From Negaprion brevirostris (lineage: Eukaryota), in NCBI GenBank assembly GCA_030324005.1, contig JARDVH010000073.1, positions 93,641,337 through 93,705,336 of the forward strand: 64,000 nt of DNA, in the 5' to 3' direction. The translations under genes and the position numbers were made by a program. The notes under the pieces were generated by a model that saw only the letters and a program-made list of their open reading frames with translations, had not been told where the DNA came from and ran no database searches. Below, in pieces: positions 13,494 through 25,549 of this stretch (within the stretch, counting starts at the first letter, position 1; the number at the start of each line of letters is the position of its first letter).

Positions 13494-16400
13494 AAGCAAG
13501 GCACTAACTAGAATATCCAAACAAATGCATTTTTGTACCAGCTGTCTACTTGTAGATTCTATGTGCACAATAGTATCCAGAAGCATCAAATCCACCTTGC
13601 AATCCAAATGGGCAGATTTGCCAACAAGATGTCTGGGTTATGATTTTGTCATACAAATACAAAGACACGCTTTTGAAAGGTGAAGGAGCCATGTTGGTGA
13701 ATTAAGCACTCAAGAAGTTCCTTGCAGCCTCTAACCTTGAAGCTCAGTCTGAAACCTATGCAGTCAGCAGGGGAAATCAGACTTGCAGCAAGCCATTAAA
13801 CTAATCGTAGCACAAGTATTTCCAATGCATCTCTCAGATTATGTCCCATGCTGAGTGGAACATCTTGCACTTTAAAGGTTTCAATCATCCTGTGTCAGCG
13901 TCAGAATCTCCCAGGTCAGGTATAACACAGGCAAATGCAATGGGAAACTTCTTACACTCTGCCCCGCATGCAGTCATGTTTACAACTTAAAGCAGTGATT
14001 TAAAGCAATTAATTTACAGTAGGTAGAAGTAGCAAAACAATGAGGTCATCGTGTCAGCCATAAAGTTATTGGGCTTTCCTTCAAGGCCACTTAAAGAGAT
14101 CATGTTCTGCATCTAACCCTAGGCAGTGGAAAAATTGCAAAAGCTTAGATTGTTTGGTCTGAGTCTATCTTGAAATCTCCAAATGTTGGTACCCCATTTG
14201 CTGTGGTAACAATGAGAAATACCCCAGCTTTGATCCCTGCTACTCACAATTGGTCTCCAGAACTATTTTTAATTTGTTGCTGGGAAACATTGATTGTCCG
14301 TCACCAAGTTACCCCGAGGGGATTCAAAAGTCAGCTGTGTAGTGTGGGACTGGAGTCATGTATAGACAAAACCAGGCGAGGTGTGGAGCTTCCCTTCCCT
14401 GAAGACATTTGCTGCCTCAGCAGCTTTCATTGTTCTGGCGCTGATGCATAAATTAGCAGATTTACTGAAATCAATTTCATAAATTGCCACGGTGGAATAA
14501 GAATGAATGATATTAAAGCCAGTGCAATAATAGGATGCCATACCCATCTCCAAGGTAAAGATAAACCTGGAGGGATTTTCACTCTTGATAGCTATCTAGT
14601 GACTCCTGTTGGACAATGGGCTCCATGAATTTCAGCAAGTGACGGCATGGAATTCAAATATATAAGTGTTATTGTCAAATAACCTGCTAACATTCACTGG
14701 GAGGTCATTTTAAGTTTGTGTTGGAGGGGTGTGTGTGGAGAGCAGGGATGGACAACTGTGAAATGGTTGCCTGTTATAATCCTCACCCAATTTTAATTTC
14801 CATTTAAGTTGATGAGCGACCAATTGACAATTACTTGCTCCTCATCCCCACGGAAAGTTAAAATAAGCCCACTCTCTGGCATCAGATGTGGACAAGAAAC
14901 CAGAAGGTTTGGATCTGTACCCAAATGTGAGTTACAGCTGTCGATAAATGATGAGAGAAAACGGAAAATTTGGGTGAAGCAGTTTTGATTTCCATTCAGT
15001 GTGGCTACAACAAAAGGTCTTTGTTTGTGTTTAGGTTCTCAGGGAAGTCAGCTGCACTCGTCTTGGAGGAGTTAACCAAAAATATATGCTCTTAATTATC
15101 TACTAGTCACTAAACCACCATACATTTTGGCTAAAAAAAAGAGAAATTTTCCTTTTCAATTAAAATTTCCCATTTCACTTGAAGACCCACTGGACAAAAT
15201 ATTTGGCTTGGCACAACAACGCCAACACTGTTTGCGCCAACGCAGTTTGACCCGTTTGCTGACACAAGTGCAGATTCTGCACCAGCAGCTGTAGCAGAGG
15301 TATTTTCAACCCTTCCTGTCCAGACTAGGAAATTAATGTTGCAATTATGTGTGGGTGGGAGAATGTCAAGCTGGTGTGGGATACTTGGCTTCACTTTTGG
15401 TCACCTGATTTTTTTTTTCTTTTACCCCCAACTTTCTTTTTCCAGCTTTGTGCGTATTATCAGATGATGTCTGTCCACTTATCGTTGATAAAAGGTAAAA
15501 TAATTAAAATGAGAGAAATAAGATAATTATTGACGTCTTGCCTTGGATTAAATAGATTAAGGCCAAAAAAAATAGAAAAGTGGTTTGGGATGGCATAGGG
15601 GAAAAGAAAGACTCTCAACTCATTCATACACACTGTTAAATGGAAAATAAAATATATCAAGAACTCTCCTCCTGTACAAAATAATTATAAACCGTGGCTA
15701 ACACCGAAAGCAAAAATAGAACTTTGCTTCCCAGTGAGATCTTCTGCTCTTTTTTGCATTGCAACCAACATTACTATAAATCGAAGGTCAAAACTACGCC
15801 CAGCTTTAGTTCCAGCCTAAATAGACCGAATTTAAAATAGATTTTACACTGTTGGTGCTTAATATACATATTATGATGAGCTTAAAACAAAATCTATGTT
15901 TTGGAATTATGAAGACACATATATATGTACGTATACTAGCTAAATATGAAGCAATAAATATCATTGCAAATTATTGTAACATTTTAAAGATTCTAGCATT
16001 CAGCTGAAGACATGAAACTATAGAATTTGATTTATCCGTTTTTTTTTGAGGGGAAAGCATTTTTGGATTATTTTGAAGCATTTAAACAGCAGTTGGAAAA
16101 TAAATTATTTGAATCCGTGATAGGCTGGCATCAAAACCTGGTAACACTGAAATGAAATCCAGGTAACAGCCCCATCTCAACTACTCAAATGTGCACATGA
16201 AAAAGGCATAATTTTCTTTTCCAGAGTGTCATGTTTAAATAGATCATGATGTTTTAGCCACATTATTCCTCTCAGCTTTAAACCACCACAGCAGGAATAA
16301 TCTCCCAATACTGTATCTGTGCAATATCATCACTTGCGTCTGTCTCTGCCTGATTTGATGTTCTGAAATGTTAACTGCTATAATATATTTCCTCCATTAT

Positions 16401-18394
16401 CCTCATTATAATGGTCAGAGACAACTGCCTCTTCACAGAAGTTTACACAAGTGCTGACCCTGTGGACTTTTTTTTTAACAAAACTATTTTTTAAACCACA
16501 ACATTTAATAGATGATATGGCTCACATGCACGAGAAATATGTCAAAGTTTCTTTTTAAATTTACGAACGAAAACACAACTGAAATATTTAAGGAAAAAAA
16601 AGGACAACTTGAATACATCGCTTTAAAATTAGCTTTGAAGATTACTTTTTGAAAAATCAATAAATATTCAGTTGAACAAAATTAAACTCTTGCCATGACA
16701 TGTTGCATTTTTACTTGAAAGGAATATCAGACTCTATGTGATTTTAGGGGGGCTGAGAATGGATCAAGAGTACTAACCGTAGTTGAGCTTTTAGAATGTA
16801 GGACTCTTGATACAGGGCTGCCAGCACAGCCACCCCTGTTATTGTAATGAACTATCTGCTAATAGAATTATTTAACACTATGGTGGGTAGAATACCCATG
16901 AAGAAGGAGAGTGCATTTTACACGATTAAAAAAATCTTATTGCTGAAGGAATTTATTAGCTTCTAGAGACATACAAAGATATGTAGATTAGATACAGTAT
17001 ATCATTTCATCACGTGGTGCAAAGCTCCAACAGGCACAATTATATTTTTAGATAGGATTTATGAGGAAAATGGGTCTGTTTTTATTATTTTAGCATTAGA
17101 GCTAGCTCTTACGGTAAATTTAATAAAGCAAATGGCATTCCAATGCCTGCAAAACATTGAATTCTACTGCTTTCAAAAGGCAGCAACAGGATAAAATACC
17201 ATAGCAAGGCTTTGCCTTTTTAAGGTGTGAAGTATTGGTCTGCACAGTTTTTAACATTCCAGACCTAAACATTAAATTTTTAAAACTATGCAAACTGATA
17301 CATAGCACAGTCAGCCACAGATAAACACATACCTGATGCGAGTAAAGAACACCAGGCTTCACTCTTAACACTAAAATGCTGCTAACAATGCCTTTGCATG
17401 TTAGCTGTATATTTGTCAGAACTCAGCTGTAATAACGATTACCTAATGCCTTCTGTGGATTCACAAAAAGTAAAAGAAGAAACAGTGAAAATAATAAAAG
17501 CACAAACGGTGTTTCTGTTCATTGGAACTGTAGACTGAAAGCTAGGCCTTTACTGTCGTAAAGGGAAACATTTCAACTTTATTTAATGGCTGAATTGTTA
17601 TAGATAAATTGAGCTCCCCTAATGCCAAAGAGGCATGGTCTGCCCCCATGAAACAGTGTTAGTTTCAGAATATGTTCCTGTGAAATAAATCACTGACAGA
17701 TTCAGTTGGTACTTAGAACAATGTCTGTGAGCCTTCGCCCTCTGTTTACACTTGTGGTTGCACTCTAGGACAGTTTAGTATTGCTTTTTTTTTATGGTGT
17801 GGTTAAAGTTGACATGAAAATTGCACTCAAAACGAAAGACAAGACCAATGAGCGCTGTGTTCCCTGCTTGGGCTCTCACTGCGCGGCTTACTTGGAGGTT
17901 CAATATGGAGATAACGTTGAATTTTATTCTGTCTCTAATGGCAGTTCTGGTGACGCACGGGTATTTGGTTCCCAGACTCCGCAAGAGGCATGCAGTTTAC
18001 ATTCTTTACATTGTCGACAGTGACAAGAGTACAACCTGGATGCTGCCAGTGGCAAATTGTCCAGGCGACACCATACTGAGATCTGAACTGAAAACACTCT
18101 CTGAATGTTTACACAATTCTCTACTCCAATTCAGTACACATGTCAGATTGTCAAACTAGCACACAAATAGGACTTTTTTTCTTGTTCCAGTGTTGCACAC
18201 TTGAAGACTTAATTTTCTGTTTGATTTTATGTACAAAATTATTTCTTCCTTTGTGGGTACCAGTTTGAAACCTGAACTGAATAATGAGAGATCAATAGAT
18301 GTGGGTTATACCGCCAGTTTCATTTTGTTCTCTAATCAGAACAAAAAATGAAAACAGCTCTTTGCGTGTCTGAGTGTGCACAGAGGTTCACTCA

Positions 18395-18612
18395 TTCTTC
18401 CCTGCTGCCATCAAACTTTTGAATGGATCGACCATACAGTAAGCTGATCTTTCTCTTCACCCTATCTGTAACTGCAACACTACATTTTGCACCTTCTTTC
18501 CTTTTCCCCTATGTTCTCTATGAACAGTATGCTTTGTCTGTATAGCACGCAAGAAACAATACCTTTCACTGTATCCTAACACATGAGACAAAAGTAAACC
18601 AAATCAAACCAA
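18395..18612 (+). mobile_element. Rex1/Babar-like LINE 3' end
   Basis: 'ttcttccctgctgccatcaaacttttgaatgga...aagctgatctttctct...aaatcaaa' is near-identical in layout to 46115-46330. Confidence 0.55.
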
Positions 18613-18714
18613 GCCTGCACCCAAAAACCCATAATATTTTAACATTAAAGAAAAGTCAGTTGGAGACTCTGCCCTACTGACACTGAAATGAATAAAATTA
18701 GAAAGAAAAATAAA

Positions 18715-18930
18715 TTTCCATTTTCTTAAAAAGTGCTTTTCAAGACCTCAGCACATCCCAAAGTGCTTTGCAGATGATTTAGTACGTTCTTGAAAGGTAG
18801 GCATTACTGGAGAAATCACAGTAGCCAATTTGCACACAGCAAGGTCCCACAGACAGCAATGAGATAACCTCTACTTTCCTAATTAGTTGGAGGTTAAGTA
18901 TTGACCAGGAAACCAGAGAGAACTTGTCTG
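18715..18930 (-). mobile_element. Deu-domain/L2-tailed ancient SINE (SacSINE1/AmnSINE-like)
   Basis: 'catcccaaagtgctttgcag...agccaatttgcacacagcaaggtcccacagacagcaatgagataacc'. Related decayed copies at about 52200-52480 and 63720-63920. Confidence 0.5.
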
Positions 18931-20829
18931 TGATTTTCATATAAATATGCAAAAGGTTCACACACTAACATCTAACAGTATAAGTTTCTGGTGTATAGTT
19001 ATATTTCAATACTTTACAATTTTCCAGACAGTTTGGTCAGAGGTATTAAGTCTTTCGGAGAAGTGCAAACCAATGTTCACTTATGCGCAATATTTTTTGC
19101 TCTCTGCATAGCTGAAGCCAGGAACTTGACGGCAAACATCACTTAACTGACCCAACAACCAGAGAGGTTATTTCTCTTTGAAAGAATAACCTAAAGCTGT
19201 TGACGGGACAAAATATTATAGCAACCTAGGGTCTTGACTGCATAAAGCCTGAATGCGTGTTGAAGTACTTTTGTATCCCACAAGAAGTCACGGGATCCTG
19301 TCAGCACAATGGCATTATTCATAAATATTACTTCTATCATTACAGGTAACAGAATTTTTAACTGGCACTGATTTTATGTTAATATTGGTCCAGGTATCCT
19401 GTTTTACAGAAGAGAGCAGTATCCAATTCATTTTAATGATATAGTTCAATGCATTCTAATGTTAAGGTGTCAAGTATTTATGTGGATGCACAAGATGTGA
19501 CGTTGTATGGGTGGGATCACACAGGCAGTCCCTTTAGCAGACATGTTTAAGTAATGATAAGTAGCCCATTAGCAGGGCACTTATTACATGCTAACTTGCA
19601 TGACAGGGGCAAGGCCTTAACCAAATCTTGTCAGCCATGTCATAACAACTTTTTATGTGATTATTACCTACAAGGCCCAGTCAATCTGTTGGAGATCGAT
19701 GGGAATTCCTTTCGAACACATTGGCATATGTTAAGGCATTTATACTGCTGTGGAGATGGTTACATTAAGTTCATTGGTTAATTAAAATTTGACAGACATC
19801 CAATAATTTCATTCTGTATAGATTGGAAAATGGGGTGCCAATTATTTCTCACGTGTATGCGACCTTTGTAACTATAATTTGCCCAATGCTTCACTATTAA
19901 TGGAGAAGAATATCCCAAAGTGTTTCATAAGGGGGGGAAATTCAGAAGTAAATAGAGGTTGAGAGAAACGTTAGAGGAGCTGATTAATGGTGTGGTTAAA
20001 GAGGCTTTTTTTATGGCAGTGGGAGAGATATAGCAAGGGAGGTGGGAGGATTCAGAGAGTTAAGAGGAGAGTTACAATGTGCAGGCACAAGGTAGCTTAT
20101 TAGCAAAGTTACTCTGACCAACTGCAAGGCGTCCAACAGGACTCAAGCAATGTTGTAATCTGCATTGCAGCTTATAACCATATTTAGAACCCAGACTGCT
20201 ACTTTCAGATCATTCCTACATATCTGTTATTTTCACAACTTGCATAGACTGTTATGTATAATAATATTCTCAATCAATCTGAGAGTTTTTAGCCATCAAT
20301 CTCTCCATGGCATTAATGCATGATGATGTTCGCACTGAATGATTAATAATGTTGACATCATTATTGCAAGTTTATTAAAAAGTAATTTCCAGTTTCCTAA
20401 TGCCTCTGGGTAAATGGACTATTTACAGCTGCATTGGACTGGTATCCAAAGTTCAGTCGCAGGCCTGACTATTCTAATCCTTAGCTGGAGCAGTCAGAGG
20501 ATTCTACAATTACCAATGTGGCCTGCGGTATGGAGGGGGAAAGGGGGAAAGAAAACTCTCATCCCTCAACTTTCCTTTCTAATAGGACATTCTGAAACAT
20601 TTCAAAAATGTCATTACGAAAAGTGCAATAGTATTCTGCATAGGGCATGTGCACTTGGAGGTGCTTCAATATAACTGTGATACGTGTGAGATTTCTTATA
20701 TACATTCAATGTCAGATACAGCCTGAGGAACTTTTCACAGTTTCCAGTTCCTCATGACTGAAAAACTTTAGACAGTTGCTTTTCCCAATTGTGCCTCTGT
20801 AATGGCTGCTCCTATCTTTAGTGTATTTC

Positions 20830-23310
20830 TTAGCATGTGGTCCAAGATCTTGGAATTTGACAGTCTGCAAAACACAACTGTGGACAACTCCTTATACTGG
20901 AAGACCAACAAGTTTCGGACAGACCAAAGAGTGTCTTACTCTAAGTTGATTATCCTCCAGCAACACTTCATATTTCTCTCATTGTGTGTCCCTGGGAACA
21001 GCCCAGAGTCCTGCACCATGAAATGGTACTCGGACGAACCTCGGCAAAAACCACTGTATCTCTATCCAGACCTTCTTTGCAAAACCACATTCCAGAAGGA
21101 GGTACAGGCCAGTCTTTTGCCTACCACAGCTGTACTGAGAGCAGCATGCAGTGGTGCAGAGACTTCAGGGGGAAATGTCCCAATTTCAGCAAAATCTGCT
21201 CCTGCTGCGTGCGGTCAATAGAATTTGCTGTCAATAAGGACCTCCATGAAGCGAGGAGCCAGCAAGCCTCACTCTTTGCCTCAGACATCTCCAGGGTCAC
21301 CTTCTGGTCCGGAGTCCATTACGTGGAGCCAGATGAGATGCGTTCACTTTCCTTCTTCCAAAAGGTACACAAAGAGGTAGCTGTGATCAGCAGCTTGAAG
21401 GAGGAAGACAGCTTGGTAAAGTCATTACAGTCTGACAAATTGAGGATCAGCAAATCCTTTTATGCCAAATTGTTTGTAAAGCCCATAGGCGGCATGATCT
21501 CCCAGCTGTACCTGTCTTCTATTGTAGAAGTCTTAGATGACAGTGAGGAGGAGAGCCTTGACAAAGCTTTAACTCTAGTTGAGTTGCCAAAGGCCATCAA
21601 GTAAAACTCCCAGAAACGACAGCTTACCGGCTGAGCTCTGTTTGACTCTTTGGACTGGATTGACCCAGACCTACTGGGAGTTTATGAGCGCCTGCATCAA
21701 GCCAGCAGCAGGTCAGAATCCATGAGGAAAGGCATCATTACCCTCTTCTACAAACATAAGGGGGTAAGGGAGGAAATTAGAAATCAGCACACCATTTCAT
21801 TGCCGAAAGTGGGCTACAAAATTCTGTCCAATCAGGCAATGTCTATCTGCTCTGGGGTTGGTAATCCACCCTAATGCAACCTGCTCTGTACCCGCAGGAA
21901 GATCTCCGATAGCCTTGCACTCGCTTCTCAGGGATACGATTGCCTATGTGTGGGTGGGGAGTGGGCACTGGCCTCATCAGCCTGGACCAGGGGAAAGTGT
22001 CCCTGATATAGAATATCACACACTTACATGATGGGTGTGCTCTCCAGAATGGGGTTTTGGGGAAAAACTCCACATTTGGATCCAACTGCTCTACAGAAAT
22101 ATCAATGGTGCAGTTAGAAGAAATGGGTAGGAATCAGAAAGCTTTCCAATTGAATTTGAAATTTGAACAGGGCTGCCATCTTCCTCCATCCTGTTTATGT
22201 GCTGCATAGCACCTTTATCCGGGTCCACCAGGAAGGATTCAGACATAAGGAGAATGATGGTTCCCTCATGGCAGATTGAAGTATTTCTGGGGGCCCTGCA
22301 GTAAACCATAGTTATATAGAGGTCCAGCATTGAGATTTGTGTTGCTCAGAAGCAAAACATTCTTTTGCTGTCCAAATATTTCCCAATTTTCTTTTCAGTC
22401 TTTTGATCAGTCGAGGAGGGATAGAATGACTCTCCTCATCTCCCAGCAGTGTAGGCATGCAGGTGAAAGCTTCTCTGTGCGTTCAGTCTTCTGTTCAGAC
22501 CTGCTGTTGGTGTGTAGACTGATGAGTATATGTAAGCAGTTCAAATTGGCCTCGGGAGCCAAGGAAAATTGTGGCAAGAACAAAGCCATGTACTTTGGAA
22601 ACTGGACTGACCAATCCTTTGTTCCCTACACTGTCAGACCAGACTGCCTGAATGATCTGAGAATAAGATTTGGAGAGGACAGGACATGCACCAAAACTGG
22701 GAGGAACATATAGCCAAGGTAAGGCAAAAACTGGGCATGTTGGGGTGATGCTCCCTCTCCATTGTGGATAGGAACCTGGTCATCAGGCTTGAGTTGCTCT
22801 CAGTGTTGCTGTACATGGTGCAGGTGTGGCCTGTATCCTGATCCTGTGTCATAGTAGCTGCCCAAAGCACCTTCTACTTTATCTGAAGGTTCATGATGTC
22901 CTGTGTCTGCAAGGTCACCATGTCTAAAGCTCTGGTAGAGGAGGANNNNNNNNNNNNNNNNNNNNNNNNNNNNNNNNNNNNNNNNNNNNNNNNNNNNNNN
23001 NNNNNNNNNNNNNNNNNNNNNNNNNNNNNNNNNNNNNNNNNNNNNNNNNNNNNNNNNNNNNNNNNNNNNNNNNNNNNNNNNNNNNNNNNNNNNNNNNNNN
23101 NNNNNACCATATGTCCCTCATGGAAAAGTTTGTGTTGACTTTGACCACAAGCCCATCAGGCTCCGTGGGAAAAGGTTACAGTGGATCCTGTTGGATGGTT
23201 CCCTACTGACAAAATCATTTGGCAGAATGCCTCATCGCCAGAAGGTTCAAGCAAGCACTAAGACATAGTTTGGTTGTTGGTGAGGAGGGTGTTCCCCATC
23301 AGATCCTTCA
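20830..23310 (+). mobile_element. Tx1-type L1 retrotransposon ORF2, decayed
   Basis: Frameshifted ORF2 fragments: SFFQKVHKEVAVISSLKEED, LDKALTLVELPKAIK, MRKGIITLFYKHKGVREEIRN.TISLPKVGYKILS and CRLMSICKQFKLASGAK..GKNKAMYFGNW, typical of the Tx1 RT region. Many stops. Confidence 0.85.
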
Positions 23311-23559
23311 TATGCTCTCATTTCTCACTTAATTTAAAATTTTTAATTTAAGTTTTAAAAATTCTTACTCCATTTTTAAAGTTACAGACCCAGTGCTTTG
23401 GACTGAGTGGACCAGGCAGATCCGAGTCTATCTCTTTGCTTGCTCCATAAACCAAATTCACATTGAATCTAATTCATGGTCCACACAAGAGAGACAAATA
23501 AGATCCAAGCTGACAAGAAATGACATTACACTTGCCCTTGGGCTTGATCTTAGTGAGTT

Positions 23560-24223
23560 ATATTTCTAAGGAAGTCTAGTGCAATATGACATCCAAGGAT
23601 GGTGAATGTATCTTGCAGATGGCTACATCTGATAAGTCATTAAGTAACAGTCATGAGTGAGCTATGGTGACTGCCATGAATGTGACACAGATTGCACCCA
23701 AGAGCACANNNNNNNNNNNNNNNNNNNNNNNNNNNNNNNNNNNNNNNNNNNNNNNNNNNNNNNNNNNNNNNNNNNNNNNNNNNNNNNNNNNNNNNNNNNN
23801 NNNNNNNNCTCCACTTCCATAGATAACTCGAGAAGAAGTTTGTTTTTTTAGATACTAGTCAACTCAATTATTTCACTAAATACGTGAATGATGGTAGGCA
23901 GTTTGATCATGAAGAATATCGCTGAATCTGATCCTCTTTTCATTCAGTGTCCAGATGTTCATTGTCCAGTAGGGGTCACTGGGTAGGTACCAGCGGTGAT
24001 AACTCTTGAGTTATCTATGGAAGTGGAGGGGAGTTGTCACTCAACTGCCATCTACTAGAACCAGAACATGAGAATGTGCTCTTGGGTGCAATCTGTGTCA
24101 CACTCATGGCAGTCACCATAACTCACTCATGACTGTTACTTAATGAGTTATCAGATGTAGCCATCTGCAAGATACATTCACCATCCTCGGATGTCATATT
24201 GCACTAGACTTCCTTAGAAATAT
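23560..24223. repeat. Long inverted repeat (~220-bp arms, ~170-bp spacer)
   Basis: 23560-23708 is the reverse complement of 24075-24223 (4 substitutions seen). 23809-23833 matches 24004-24028 (1 substitution). The left arm is interrupted by a 100-N gap. Confidence 0.92.
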
Positions 24224-25549
24224 TTTTCCAATGACCGGGAATTTGTAAGGCATGAAATGCATTTGGTTTATAAGATCACTTGTGTTGTCACCTGCTTACT
24301 TGATACCAATATGCAAATAGAAAAATTAGGTTTGAACCAAAATAATCCAATGTTGCACCAATATGCTTTTTGTCTGATATACTTAACTGATCACCTGAAA
24401 TTACTCCAATCTCCAAGAACTGACCTATATCCATTAGTGTTGTACCCCGGAGTCAAAGAGCCCCATCCATTTCTTTCCAAATGTAACCTGGTTAGAAGAG
24501 CAAAATTTATAATTATAGTACCACTGAGGATTTCACAATTCAAATGAAAATCCTGTGGAAAATCCTCTGCAACTATCATTATGCTCTGCTAAAATCCCAG
24601 TGACAGCAATGATCACTATATTTCATTCTGCTAGATTCTCGGATCAAAAAGCTAATCAGGACAGTGAAAGACTTATTCCCTGTCAGGAAAAAAATGGTTT
24701 TCACCACTGTCTCTTAACATCAACAGATAATATTTGGCAGGGGATGAATTCTATGAGCAAAAAGAAACCAGAGGCTACTCATTGCTATAAATCACTGGTT
24801 GAAGTCTTTACCAGTTTAAAAAATCCCCAACTCAAAACAAACATTCAGTCCAGTTAATAGTGACCACAACTTTCAGTCTATAAACTGTATCTTTGGCCCC
24901 TATGTTATGCAATTGACCTCAGGTGTGCAATAATACCCACCCACCAGCCTGCAAATCAAGGTATAATACATCACACTCCGAATCATTCTGCAACCACTGG
25001 CTCAATAGTTGGCAGTGAGAACCCTCAAATGTAGTCAATAGCTGGGTAATATATATCGTGCCCCTCGATGAACTCAATATATTCTATTGGATTACAGATT
25101 AAATAAGGCATAAGTGTTAAATGCTACCTAAACACGGCAGGTTTTCTTTTAAGTGCAGCTGTATGACTGTGCGCACAAGGTGCAGCCTTGGGATCTGTCT
25201 GTTAATTACTATTGAACTCTCTGAGGATTATGGAAGCATATTTGCATCATGTCAAGAATACACACACATATAGAAAATCATCTTCAGAAATGGGCACTCT
25301 CTCCCTAGAGTGCAAATAATTAAACATTATTCCGTTTGTGCACCTAATGTTTTTGCTTATGATTAGTCTTCTGTTACAAACTTGAGCATTGCATGTTTAA
25401 TAAGAAATATGATTTGTCAGCAAATAATTACTTCCACATGCTAATGAAGTCAAGGTTGCTCTAACTGTATTTCAACTGTTTAACAAAAATGTCAAACCAT
25501 TAAGTAGAATAGAAGCAACTTGAGTTACATATAACTGATGATTGCTTTT

